From NCBI GenBank assembly GCA_963707915.1, contig OY970178.1, forward strand, positions 2,976,001 to 3,040,000: a stretch of 64,000 bases of DNA, given 5' to 3'. Shown piece after piece: positions 18,559 to 27,709 of the stretch (position 1 is the stretch's first letter; the number at the start of each line of letters is the position of its first letter). Origin of the DNA: Candidatus Eiseniibacteriota bacterium (GTDB lineage: Bacteria > Eisenbacteria > RBG-16-71-46). The notes under the pieces were generated by a model. That model was given only the letters and a program-made list of their open reading frames with translations. It had not been told where the DNA came from and ran no database searches. A program made the translations under genes and the position numbers.

Positions 18559-18804
18559 ATGAGCGTGGTGAAGTCGGCCCGTCAAAGGGCACAGAGACGG
18601 GCCCAGGAAGTCGACCTGGGGTTCACCTGGGGGCCGGCCAACAGCGTCCTCCTGGCCTTGGGAGTGGGGGTGCTGGCAGTGGGTTATGTGACCCTGGCGA
18701 AGGGTTCCATCACCCTGTCCCCGGTGCTCCTGGTGTTCGGCTACTGCGTCATCATCCCGGGTTCCCTGCTGTTTCGTGGGCGAAAGACGGGTTCGGGCGA
18801 ATAG
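18559..18804 (+). CDS. Small two-TM membrane protein (DUF3098-like)
   Basis: AGGAGG SD; N...L..G......GY......SITLSPVLLV.GY.V.IP; stop codon lies inside tRNA-Val. Confidence 0.75.
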   Translation: MSVVKSARQRAQRRAQEVDLGFTWGPANSVLLALGVGVLAVGYVTLAKGSITLSPVLLVFGYCVIIPGSLLFRGRKTGSGE

Positions 18805-18870
18805 CTCAGCTGGCAGAGCGCTTGCCTTACAAGCAAGAGGTCACAGGTTCGAGCCCTGTTTCGCCCACCA
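18795..18870 (+). tRNA. tRNA-Val(TAC)
   Basis: GGGCGAATAGCTCAGCTGGCAGAGCG-CTTGC-CTTACAA-GCAAG...GTTCGAGCCCTGTTTCGCCCACCA. Confidence 0.97.
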
Positions 18871-18984
18871 GGTGGGGCGCTGAGATCACGGGAAGCACCG
18901 GCCGGTCGGGCCCCGCGGGGCCGCAGACCCCCGGAGAAGGCAGGAAAATCGCAGAGATCGTCAGTTCGAGCGTCAAGAATGGTC

Positions 18985-19014
18985 TTGACAGTGTGATGGC
19001 AGGACCCATAAACT
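18985..19014 (+). promoter_or_regulatory. Strong sigma70-like promoter for secreted-protein genes
   Basis: TTGACA-N18-TAAACT in a lower-GC intergenic region. Confidence 0.7.
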
Positions 19015-19184
19015 TTCTCCCGGCATCAAACGTCTTGCCAACCCATTCGATTGCAACGCCTGGAGACTCGAACTCGCACTCTCGATGAGTTCGAAAGGAG
19101 GTGGCAGCAAACCAGACCTGTTTGCTCGCAACTGAGCCTTGCTCGATCTCAGCAACAGGGTGAACCATCCATGGAGGTGCAACA

Positions 19185-19844
19185 ATGACTGGTGTGATTC
19201 GCAAGGCTACGCTTCTCGTGGTGGCTCTCGGGCTGGTAGCGGCGTCGGTGGCCGTGGCCGGAATCCCCAATGCGGCCAATTGTACCGTCCCGGCGTTCGT
19301 CAGGGTCGTCGGCACGAAGGCTACGGTTCCCGATCCGGTCGGCACGTACAGCGTCACCGTGCGTGACATCGGCAACTTCCCGGTCGCCGGCAGCGTCGTT
19401 TCGCTGGACTTCACGGCCTGCACCGACATGAAGCTCTGCAACGCCGCCAACGTGATTTGCACGCCTGCCCAGATCACCGCGACCGCGAACGGCTCCGGCG
19501 TCGCGACGTTCATCGTCGTCGGCGGCGGCCTGCATCCCGGTGGCGCGTTCGCTGGCGTCGGCGCTGGCTGCGTCACGGTCCGGGCCGACGGCTACATCAT
19601 CGGCACCGCCTCCGCGAACGTGTACGACCTGAACGGCGCGCTTCCCGGCGCTGGCAAGAACGGCGTCCTGATCACCGACCTGCCGCTCTTCCTGGCGGAC
19701 TGGGCTGGTGGCGCCGGACCGTACAAGGCCCGTTCGGACTTCAATCAGAGTGGCACGCTGGCCATCACGGACCTGCCGCCCTGGCTCGCGGTCTGGGGTC
19801 CTGCCAACTCGTCGGGCGGCTGCGCCACCACGTACTGCCCGTAG
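19185..19844 (+). CDS. Secreted Cys-containing protein with C-terminal dockerin/EF-hand-like duplicated motif
   Basis: GGAGG SD, signal peptide ending AVA; DLNG...ITDLPLFLADW and DFNQSG..AITDLPPWLAVW. Confidence 0.85.
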   Translation: MTGVIRKATLLVVALGLVAASVAVAGIPNAANCTVPAFVRVVGTKATVPDPVGTYSVTVRDIGNFPVAGSVVSLDFTACTDMKLCNAANVICTPAQITATANGSGVATFIVVGGGLHPGGAFAGVGAGCVTVRADGYIIGTASANVYDLNGALPGAGKNGVLITDLPLFLADWAGGAGPYKARSDFNQSGTLAITDLPPWLAVWGPANSSGGCATTYCP

Positions 19845-19998
19845 TCGAGGTGGACAATTCGAGGGTCGCACTTCATGATACCGTCGCATGACTCTAGCGA
19901 AAGGTGGTGATGTGACGACCCGCGAAGCGATTCTCAATCGGTAGATGAAAAGACAGTCTCCCCCGTTACCCCCTAGGCTCTGCATCTTGGAGGAAGCA

Positions 19999-20790
19999 AT
20001 GAAGAAGATCATCCTCACCGGTATGCTGCTTTGCCTGACTGCCTCGATGGCGTTGGCCGCCGGCCTCAACTTCAACTGGAACACCGGCATGAACTGCCCG
20101 GTCGACCAGGTCGCCGGCAAGAGCCTGACGTGGGACTGCCTGGATCCGGGCGCCAACGACGGCGTGTTCTACATGATCGCTTCGGTCATGCCGAACATCG
20201 CGGTGGTCGGCTTCAACGCCATGGACGCCCGCATCGACGGCCAGTCGGCCGGCCCGATCGCTCCCTGGTGGCAGGCGTTCAACGCCGGTTCGTGCCGTGA
20301 GGCGGCCTTCACGCCTGGCGTCATCGGAACCAACCCCATCGCTCCCTGCGCTGGCACCGCGACCACGAAGCTGTGGACGACCGCTGCGTACGGCGGCATG
20401 GGTGCGTGGACGATCAACGGCAACCGGTTCTTCACGGTCATCGGCTTCGCGACGGCTGCGAACCGCGTCGCCAACCTGAACAACACGACCACCCAGTACA
20501 ACGTGTTCAACGTCCAGATGATGACGTCGAACTCGCTGGACGTCCCCGAGTCCGAGCCCGGCGCGGGCGACGGCATCGTCGCTTGCCCCGGCTGCGCCGA
20601 CGGCATGACGCTCGTGCTGAACCAGATCGGCCTGTACGGCTCCGCCGCTGAGGACCAGGTCATGCTGCCTGCCACCCTCGCGAATGCCTCCCAGTGCATC
20701 ACGTGGCAGGGCGGCGCTGGCGCTGGCGTGTGCGGTGCGACTCCTGCCCGCAACACGACCTGGGGCCAGGTCAAGAGCCTGTACCGGTAG
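19999..20790 (+). CDS. Secreted Cys-rich protein with TWGxxKxLYR C-terminus (paralog 1)
   Basis: GGAGG SD; MKKIIL signal peptide; ends ATPARNTTWGQVKSLYR. Confidence 0.88.
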   Translation: MKKIILTGMLLCLTASMALAAGLNFNWNTGMNCPVDQVAGKSLTWDCLDPGANDGVFYMIASVMPNIAVVGFNAMDARIDGQSAGPIAPWWQAFNAGSCREAAFTPGVIGTNPIAPCAGTATTKLWTTAAYGGMGAWTINGNRFFTVIGFATAANRVANLNNTTTQYNVFNVQMMTSNSLDVPESEPGAGDGIVACPGCADGMTLVLNQIGLYGSAAEDQVMLPATLANASQCITWQGGAGAGVCGATPARNTTWGQVKSLYR

Positions 20791-20810
20791 TCTTCTGCAG
20801 AACGAACACC

Positions 20811-20850
20811 ACGGCGGCCACCTCTTCGGAGGTGGCCGCCGTTTCTTCTT
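20811..20850 (+). terminator. Rho-independent terminator
   Basis: ACGGCGGCCACCTC-TTCG-GAGGTGGCCGCCGT perfect stem with UUCG loop followed by TTCTTCTT. Confidence 0.9.
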
Positions 20851-20932
20851 CCGCCGCGATGGTCGCGCCTCCCGCCCCGCTCGTCCGGCCGGCGCTTGGG
20901 GATGGCCGACGGCGTGGGCTAGTATCGGCCGC

Positions 20933-21700
20933 GTGAACGCGCTCCGTCCGAACCCGGCGCTCGCGGCGCTCCTGCTGACGGCCCTGCTGGGCTGCCTGGC
21001 CTGCCCGGCCGTGCGCGCCGACGAGGGGCTCTTCCTCACCTGGGGCGATTGCGCGCTGGGGACGTCCACGCATGACCTCTGGAGCGCCTGCGACACGAAC
21101 CTGGGTGACCAGAAGCTCTTCTGCGCCTTCCGCGTGCCCTTCGCGGCCGACAGCGTGCTGGGCCTCGAGGTGGTGGTGGACCTGCAGCACTCGGCCCCGA
21201 CCCTGCCCGCCTGGTGGCTGTTCGCCCCCGGGGGTTGCCGCGCCGGGGTCCTGCGGCCGTCCTTCGACTTCACCGGGCGGACGGCGTGCCGCGACTTCTT
21301 CGGGGGAAACGCGAGCGGGACGCTGCAGAGCTACACGGTGGGGCAGCCGGGCGGCGCGGCCAACCAGGCCCGCATCCGGACGGCGGCGGCGATGCTCCCC
21401 GGGTACGGCTACGCCACGCTCGACGCCGCCGAGACGTACTACGCGGCGATCCTGCCCATCCCCGATGACAACACGGTGGGCGTCACGGCCTGCGCCGGCT
21501 GCGCCGGGCCCGCCTGCCTGGTGCTCAACTCGATCACGGTGCGCCGCCAGCCCGGGGCGACCGGCGGCGACATCGTGCTGGCCGCGCCGGGGCCGGGCAA
21601 CGCCAACTTCGCCACCTGGCAGGGCGGCGCGGGCGCGAATTGCGCCGCCGTCCCCGTGCGATCCATGACCTGGGGCCGGATCAAGGGGCTCTACCGATGA
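20933..21700 (+). CDS. Secreted Cys-rich protein with TWGxxKxLYR C-terminus (paralog 2)
   Basis: GTG start, signal peptide ending VRA, GLFLTWGDC, PAWW...GGCR, CAGC..PACL, ends TWGRIKGLYR. Confidence 0.83.
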   Translation: MNALRPNPALAALLLTALLGCLACPAVRADEGLFLTWGDCALGTSTHDLWSACDTNLGDQKLFCAFRVPFAADSVLGLEVVVDLQHSAPTLPAWWLFAPGGCRAGVLRPSFDFTGRTACRDFFGGNASGTLQSYTVGQPGGAANQARIRTAAAMLPGYGYATLDAAETYYAAILPIPDDNTVGVTACAGCAGPACLVLNSITVRRQPGATGGDIVLAAPGPGNANFATWQGGAGANCAAVPVRSMTWGRIKGLYR

Positions 21701-22563
21701 TGACGCGTCCCGCCCGGACCCTGGGCGCGCTGGGTGCGCTCGCCACCGCCGCCGTGCTGCTCGGGGGCGCGGTCCCCGTCGCCGTGCGGTCCCCCGCGCG
21801 GTCCGCGCCCGCGGCCGTGTCCGCCGCCGGCGCTGCGGGCGCCGACTCGCTGGCCGCCGTGCGGAGCCGGGGCGACAGCCTGGGCCCGGAGTGGGCGCAG
21901 AGCGACTCGTTCGCCCCGCCGCAGCTCTACCTGGCCTGGCACGCGCCCTACGGCATGCCCGGCGCCACCGACACCATCTCCTTCGGGGCCGGCGACTCGA
22001 ACCGCGTGGACACCCTCTACATGTCCTTCGAGACCGGCCGGCACGTCGGCCGCTTCCTGGGCATGTTCGCCCGGCTCACCTTCCATCCCGCTGCCGGGGA
22101 CTCGCTCGGCTCCTACTGGAACTACGATTACGGGTGGCCGAACTACCGCAACGTGGAGATCCAGTTCGACCCCGACGGCACGTTCCCCTGCCCGCAGCCG
22201 TGGATTCGCGCCGGCGCCGGTTTCCCCGACTTCACGTTCGACCCCACCGGGGCAAGGCTGGAGTTGTTCTACCTCAACCTGAACCTGCCGAGCGTCATCC
22301 CGGTGGACGGCACCGTGCGGTACTGCTACGCGCGGGTGATGTTCCGGCAGAGACGATGGAACCTGCCGGGAGCGCGCCAGCCGGTCTGCATCGAGTGGTC
22401 GCGCGCGGTCTTCTCGGCGGGCCACGAGGATGCGGTCGCGCGCGGCGGGATCGGGCGCAGCGTCTCGGTCAACTCGCCGGACGGGAGCGTGAGCGCCCCG
22501 TACCGCCGCGCCCCCGGTCCCGTCCCCTGGTCGCCGAACGCCAACCCCCACCTCAAGCGCTGA
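21697..22563 (+). CDS. Secreted protein, distant member of the same family without the C-terminal motif
   Basis: ATG overlaps previous stop; signal peptide; LYLAW, YW.Y, PCPQPW, YCY, PVC align loosely with neighbours. Confidence 0.72.
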   Translation: MMTRPARTLGALGALATAAVLLGGAVPVAVRSPARSAPAAVSAAGAAGADSLAAVRSRGDSLGPEWAQSDSFAPPQLYLAWHAPYGMPGATDTISFGAGDSNRVDTLYMSFETGRHVGRFLGMFARLTFHPAAGDSLGSYWNYDYGWPNYRNVEIQFDPDGTFPCPQPWIRAGAGFPDFTFDPTGARLELFYLNLNLPSVIPVDGTVRYCYARVMFRQRRWNLPGARQPVCIEWSRAVFSAGHEDAVARGGIGRSVSVNSPDGSVSAPYRRAPGPVPWSPNANPHLKR

Positions 22564-22686
22564 GTCGCGTTCCGAGGATCGGGTCCGGGGGCGCGGCGCC
22601 GCCCGGGCCGCGCCGCTCGAACGAGACGCCGGGGAGCGCACCGCCCCCCGGCGTTCCCGGTCCGGGAACCATCCCCGGCGCGCGGC

Positions 22687-24516
22687 TCAGTCGTCCAGCG
22701 GGTCGGTGAGCCTGATCAGCATGACGCGCTCGGGATGGAGCACGATGCGGTGTCCCGCCCGGTGGCGGGCGATGAATTCCTTCAGCATCTTCTCCGCCTT
22801 GATGTTCTGCAACGACTCGTCCACGATCTTCTCGACCTCGTCGTAGCGGAGTTGGCGGCCGGCGTCGTGTTCGAGCTTCTGCAGCACCGCGTACTCGCCG
22901 TTCTTGATCGGCCCCTGCACCAGGACGTCGCCCGGCTTCAGCTCCTGGGCGAGGAGGGCGAAGAACGGGCCCGGCTGGTTCTCGCGCTCGAAGCGGATCG
23001 AGCCGGTGCTCCGGCCCAGCCGCAGCGAGTCCTCCCGCAGGATCGCCTCGGCCTTCTCGCCGCGGCGCAGCCGTTCGGCCAGCGAGTCGGCCGCCGCCCT
23101 CGTGGCCCGCGGGATGGCCGCGTAGCGCACGCCCTGGTAGCTCCAGAACTCGGGGAGCCGCGACTGGTAGTACTGCTGGCGCTCCGCGGGGGTGACCCAG
23201 ATCTTCGACTCGATGGAGTCCTGGAACAGGTGCCCCACCATGAGCTCCTCGCGCTTCCGCTCGATCTGGGCGATCGTCAGCGGGTCGCGGTCGACGCCGC
23301 GCTCGGTGCCGAGCTCGGCCATGTAGGGCTCGAGGACGCTGCCGTCGAGGAACGAGCGGAACGTCTCGTAGGTGTACACGTCGGGGCGGCTCAGCGGCGT
23401 CATGGCGCGGTAGACCGAGATGAAACGGCCCATCGTGAACTGCCCGTTCTTCCAGCGGGCGAGCACGCGCGCGGTGTCGGACGTGGTGAGCCGGGGGAGC
23501 CGGTCCCTCATGTCCAGCACCGGGGTGCCGTCCTCCCGGCTCTTCACCGGCACCACCCTCGCGAACTGGGACGCGGCCCACGCGATGTTCGTGCTGTCGT
23601 AGGTCAACCCGGCGCGTTCCCGCAGGATGACGCGCAGCTCCTCGACCCGTTGGCTGACCATCAGCGGGGCGAGCTGGAAGGACAGGATCTCGCGCATCCG
23701 CTCGTAGGGCGGTATCAGGATCGGCTTGCGCCCCAGCAGGCGGAACACCTGGAATCCGTTCCGGTTCAGGAACACCGTCGAGAGCTCGCCCTCCTTCAGC
23801 TCCCACAGGCGGTCGGCCTGGTCGAGCGGGACCGCGGAGCGCTGCAGCCAGCCCGTGTCGCCGTCCGGCCCGGAGTCCTGCTGCGCGACGGAGAAGCGCG
23901 CCACCGCCGCGGGCCAGACGATCCGGCCGGCCGCCAGCTCCGCGCGCGCCTGCTCGGCCTCGGCGCGCGTGGCGGTCTGGATGTGCTGGAAGTGCCGAAT
24001 GGAGCAGCTCTGCTCGTAGGCGTGCCGCAGGTCCGCTTCGGAGGCCCGGGCGGAGTCCTGCACCAGGCGCTGGAAGGTCATGTTCGAGAGGACCCGCTGC
24101 GTGTGCTCGCGCAGCGTCGCGCGGTCCTCGAAGCCGAATGGCTTGTTCACCTGGCGGGCCAGCCGGGCGAGGACCTCCTTGTCGGCCATGGTCGTGAGGA
24201 ACGTGACCCGCCCGGTGCTGTCTCCCGGCGGACGGTCCAGCGCGTAGGAGGCGAACCAGGACTGGCGGAACTCCCCGACGGTGAAGTTCCGGTCGTCCAC
24301 GCTCCCGAGCAGGGCCGTGTCGGGGAGGAACTGGCCGGTGTCGGGGACGCCGTTCACGTAGCGCAGGGGCTGGCGGGCGGCCGGAGCCGGCTGCGAATCG
24401 GCCGGGGCGCCGGGCCTCCCGGCCGCGGGCGTCCAGGGCTTCACCGCCGGGGCGGCGGCGAAGGTCGCGGTTCCGAGCAGGAGCAGGCCGAGCGTGGCGA
24501 GCGTGCGACGTCTCAT
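22687..24516 (-). CDS. SurA/PrsA-like periplasmic chaperone with parvulin-type PPIase domains
   Basis: Signal peptide; HI......A.......G..W......FS......DGDTGW; L.EGELS...GF.VF; second degenerate rotamase domain. Confidence 0.75.
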   Translation of the reverse strand: MRRRTLATLGLLLLGTATFAAAPAVKPWTPAAGRPGAPADSQPAPAARQPLRYVNGVPDTGQFLPDTALLGSVDDRNFTVGEFRQSWFASYALDRPPGDSTGRVTFLTTMADKEVLARLARQVNKPFGFEDRATLREHTQRVLSNMTFQRLVQDSARASEADLRHAYEQSCSIRHFQHIQTATRAEAEQARAELAAGRIVWPAAVARFSVAQQDSGPDGDTGWLQRSAVPLDQADRLWELKEGELSTVFLNRNGFQVFRLLGRKPILIPPYERMREILSFQLAPLMVSQRVEELRVILRERAGLTYDSTNIAWAASQFARVVPVKSREDGTPVLDMRDRLPRLTTSDTARVLARWKNGQFTMGRFISVYRAMTPLSRPDVYTYETFRSFLDGSVLEPYMAELGTERGVDRDPLTIAQIERKREELMVGHLFQDSIESKIWVTPAERQQYYQSRLPEFWSYQGVRYAAIPRATRAAADSLAERLRRGEKAEAILREDSLRLGRSTGSIRFERENQPGPFFALLAQELKPGDVLVQGPIKNGEYAVLQKLEHDAGRQLRYDEVEKIVDESLQNIKAEKMLKEFIARHRAGHRIVLHPERVMLIRLTDPLDD

Positions 24517-24628
24517 GAGCATCTCCAGTGGGCGGCCCGGAGGACCGGGCCGGGGGGGGAGTCGAAGGACACAAAAGTCTAGGGGCGGCGCCGGGGACGG
24601 TCAAACCCGCCCCCGGCGCCGCCGGGGC

Positions 24629-27600
24629 TCAGGCGGCCGGCGTCACCCGGCGTCCGCGCACCCGGTGCTGGAGCGCGTCGAGGTAGGTGTAGACCACCGG
24701 CGTGATGTAGAGCGTGATGAGCTGCGAGAACGCCAGCCCGCCCACCACGGCCAGGCCCAGCGGGCGGCGCGCCTCGGCGCCCGCGCCGAAGCCGATCGCG
24801 ATCGGCAGCGTGCCCATCAGCGCGGCGAAGGTGGTCATCATGATCGGGCGGAAGCGGACGCTGCACGCCTGCAGGATCGCCTCGCGCGCCGACTTGCCCT
24901 CGTTGCGCTCGGCCTCGAGCGCGAAGTCGATCATCATGATGGCGTTCTTCTTGACCAGCCCCACCAGCATGATGATGCCGACGTAGGCGTAGATGGTCAG
25001 CTCGGTGCGGAAGACCAGCAGCGTGAGCAGCGCGCCGAAGGCCGCGAACGGCAGCCCCGAGAGGATCGTGAGCGGGTGGATGAAGCTCTCGTAGAGGATG
25101 CCGAGCACCAGGTAGATCACCAGGATCGCGAGCACCAGCAGCGCCAGCAGCCCCTTCTGGCTCGACTGGAACACCTGCGCGGTGCCGAAGAAGCCGGTGG
25201 TGATGGTGGAGGGCAGCACCTCGCGCGCGGTGCGCTCCACCGCCGCGGTGGCGGTGCCGAGTGACACGCCCGAGCGCAGGTTGAAGGAGATGGTCACCGC
25301 CGGGATCTGGCCCTGGTGGTTCATGGTGAGCGGGCCCACGCTCGGCGAGAGCTTCGCCACCGCGCCGAGCGGCACCTGCTCGCCGCCCGAGGAGCGCACC
25401 GTCAGCAGCGAGAGCGCCGAGGCGTCCAGCTGGTACTGGGGCATCAGCTCCATGATGACCCAGTACTGGTCGCTGGGCGTGAGGATGGTCGAGACCTGGC
25501 CCGAGCCGTACGCGCTCGCCAGGGCGTCCTGGATCTGGAAGACGGAGATGCCCAGCGCCGAGGCGCGGTCGCGGTCGATCTCCACGTGCACCTGCGGGTT
25601 CTTGATCTGCAGGTCGCTGGTCACGTCCTGCAGCTCGGGCGCCTGGTTGAGCCGGGCCAGCAGGTCGGCGGCGCCCTGGTAGAGCGCCTCGACGTCGGTG
25701 CTCTGCAGGGTGAACTGGTACTGGCTGCGCGCGACGCGCCCGCCCACGCTGATGACCGGCGGGTTGACCAGGTAGGCGCGGATGCCGGGGATGCGCGAAA
25801 GCTTCGGTTGCAGCTCCTTGATGACCTCGTCGGCCGAGAGCCGGCGCTTCGCGCGCGGCTTGAGCCGGATGAACACCCGTCCCGAGTTCGCCCCGCCACC
25901 GCCGCCGCCGCCCGCCGAGGACATGATGCTCTCGACGTTGGGATCGGCGGCGATGACGTCCGCCACCAGCTTCTGGTGCCGCACCATGGACTGGAACGAG
26001 GTGCCCTCGGCGGTCTCGGTGCTGCAGTTGATCAGCCCGGTGTCCTCGCTCGGGATGAAGCCCTTGGGCACGACCCGGAAGAGCAGGACGGTGCCGATCA
26101 GGATCGCCAGCGAGGCGGCCATCGCGGAGCGGCGGTGGTCCATGACCCACTCGAGCGAGACCTGGTAGAGCCGGAGCGAGTCCAGGTAGACGCGCTCGAT
26201 GGCCTCGTAGGCGCGCCCGTGCCGGACCGCGTGCTCGGGCTTGAGGAAGCGGCTGCAGAGCATCGGCGTGAGCGTGAGCGAGACGAAGCCCGACACCAGG
26301 ATGGCGACGCTGATGGTGATCGCGAACTCGTGGAACAGGCGCCCGAGGATGCCGCCCATCAGCAGCACGGGGATGAACACGGCCACCAGCGAGACGGTCA
26401 TCGAGAGGATGGTGAAGCCGATCTCGCGCGAGCCGTCGAGCGCCGCCTGCAGGGGGCGCTTGCCCATCTCCATGTGGCGGTGGATGTTCTCGAGCATCAC
26501 GATGGCGTCGTCCACCACGAAGCCGACCGAGAGCGTGAGCGCCATCAGCGACAGGTTGTCGAGGCTGAACTTGAGCTGGTGCATCGCCGCGAACGTGCCC
26601 ACCACCGAGAGCGGCAGCGCCAGGCTGGGGATGATGGTGGCCGGCAGGTTCCGCAGGAACAGGAAGATCACCAGGATCACCAGCAGCAGCGTGAGCAGCA
26701 GCGTGAACTGGACGTCCGTGACCGAGTTGCGGATGGACTCGGAGCGGTCGTACATGATGTTCGCGTCCACCGAGGCCGGCAGCTGGGGGCGCAGCCGCTC
26801 GATCATGGCGCGCACGTCGCGCGAGACCTGCACCGTGTTGGTGCCGGGCTGGCGCTGGATGGCGAGCATGACGGCCCGCTGGCCCCGGTACCAGGCCGCG
26901 TTCCGGTTGTTCTGCACGTCGTCGATCACGCGCCCGAGGTCGCGCAGGCGGACCGCGCGCCCGTTGCGCCAGGCCACGATCAGGTCGCCGAAGCCCTTGG
27001 CGTCCTGCAGCTGGCCCGAGGCCTCGACCGTGGTCGTGCGGTTCGGGCCCCAGAGGATGCCGGTCGGCAGGTTCACGTTGCCGGCGCCGATGATGTCGGG
27101 CAGCTCGGCGATGCCGATGCCCAGCTGGTTGAGCGCCTTCGGGTCGAGCTGGATGCGGACCGCGAACTTCTGCGAGCCGTAGACCTGCACCGCGGCGACG
27201 CCGTTCACCATCGAGAGGCGCTGCGCGAGGAATCCCTCGGCGTACTCGTTCAGCCGCGGCAGCGGCATCATGGACGAGGTCAGCGTCATCATCAGGACCG
27301 GCGAGTCCGCCGGGTTCACCTTCTGGTAGGAGGGCGGGATGATGCCGGTCGGCAGCCGGCGTTGCACGTGCGCGATGGCCGCGTTCACGTCCTGCGCGGC
27401 GGCGTCGATGTCGCGGTCGAGCACGAACTGCAGCGTGATGCTGGTGCTGCCCTGGCCGGACGACGAGGTCATGACCTCGATGCCGGGGATGGTCGAGAAC
27501 TCCTTCTCGAGCGGGGTGGCCACGGTCGAGGCCATGGTCTCGGGCGAGGCGCCGGGCAGGCTCGCGCCCACCGAGATGATGGGGTAGTCCACGTTCGGCA

Positions 27601-27709
27601 CGTCGCTCACCGGCAGCAGCGTGTAGCCGATGAAGCCGAAGAACAGGATGCCGATCATGACCAGCGTGGTCGCGACCGGCCGCTGGATGAAGAGCGCGGA
27701 GAAGTTCAC
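24629..27709 (-). CDS. RND efflux permease (MdtB/C-like)
   Basis: FIQRPVATTL, PGASPE.MA..VATPLE, GFVVDDAIVMLENI, GLVKKNAIMMIDFA, RFRPIMMTT; GTG start at 27709. Confidence 0.95.
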   Translation of the reverse strand: MNFSALFIQRPVATTLVMIGILFFGFIGYTLLPVSDVPNVDYPIISVGASLPGASPETMASTVATPLEKEFSTIPGIEVMTSSSGQGSTSITLQFVLDRDIDAAAQDVNAAIAHVQRRLPTGIIPPSYQKVNPADSPVLMMTLTSSMMPLPRLNEYAEGFLAQRLSMVNGVAAVQVYGSQKFAVRIQLDPKALNQLGIGIAELPDIIGAGNVNLPTGILWGPNRTTTVEASGQLQDAKGFGDLIVAWRNGRAVRLRDLGRVIDDVQNNRNAAWYRGQRAVMLAIQRQPGTNTVQVSRDVRAMIERLRPQLPASVDANIMYDRSESIRNSVTDVQFTLLLTLLLVILVIFLFLRNLPATIIPSLALPLSVVGTFAAMHQLKFSLDNLSLMALTLSVGFVVDDAIVMLENIHRHMEMGKRPLQAALDGSREIGFTILSMTVSLVAVFIPVLLMGGILGRLFHEFAITISVAILVSGFVSLTLTPMLCSRFLKPEHAVRHGRAYEAIERVYLDSLRLYQVSLEWVMDHRRSAMAASLAILIGTVLLFRVVPKGFIPSEDTGLINCSTETAEGTSFQSMVRHQKLVADVIAADPNVESIMSSAGGGGGGGANSGRVFIRLKPRAKRRLSADEVIKELQPKLSRIPGIRAYLVNPPVISVGGRVARSQYQFTLQSTDVEALYQGAADLLARLNQAPELQDVTSDLQIKNPQVHVEIDRDRASALGISVFQIQDALASAYGSGQVSTILTPSDQYWVIMELMPQYQLDASALSLLTVRSSGGEQVPLGAVAKLSPSVGPLTMNHQGQIPAVTISFNLRSGVSLGTATAAVERTAREVLPSTITTGFFGTAQVFQSSQKGLLALLVLAILVIYLVLGILYESFIHPLTILSGLPFAAFGALLTLLVFRTELTIYAYVGIIMLVGLVKKNAIMMIDFALEAERNEGKSAREAILQACSVRFRPIMMTTFAALMGTLPIAIGFGAGAEARRPLGLAVVGGLAFSQLITLYITPVVYTYLDALQHRVRGRRVTPAA

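Noticed and set aside
18870..20850. Lower-GC island at tRNA-Val
   Set aside because: No att repeat or mobility gene; a typical-GC paralog elsewhere and the strong promoter/terminator fit native highly expressed genes better.
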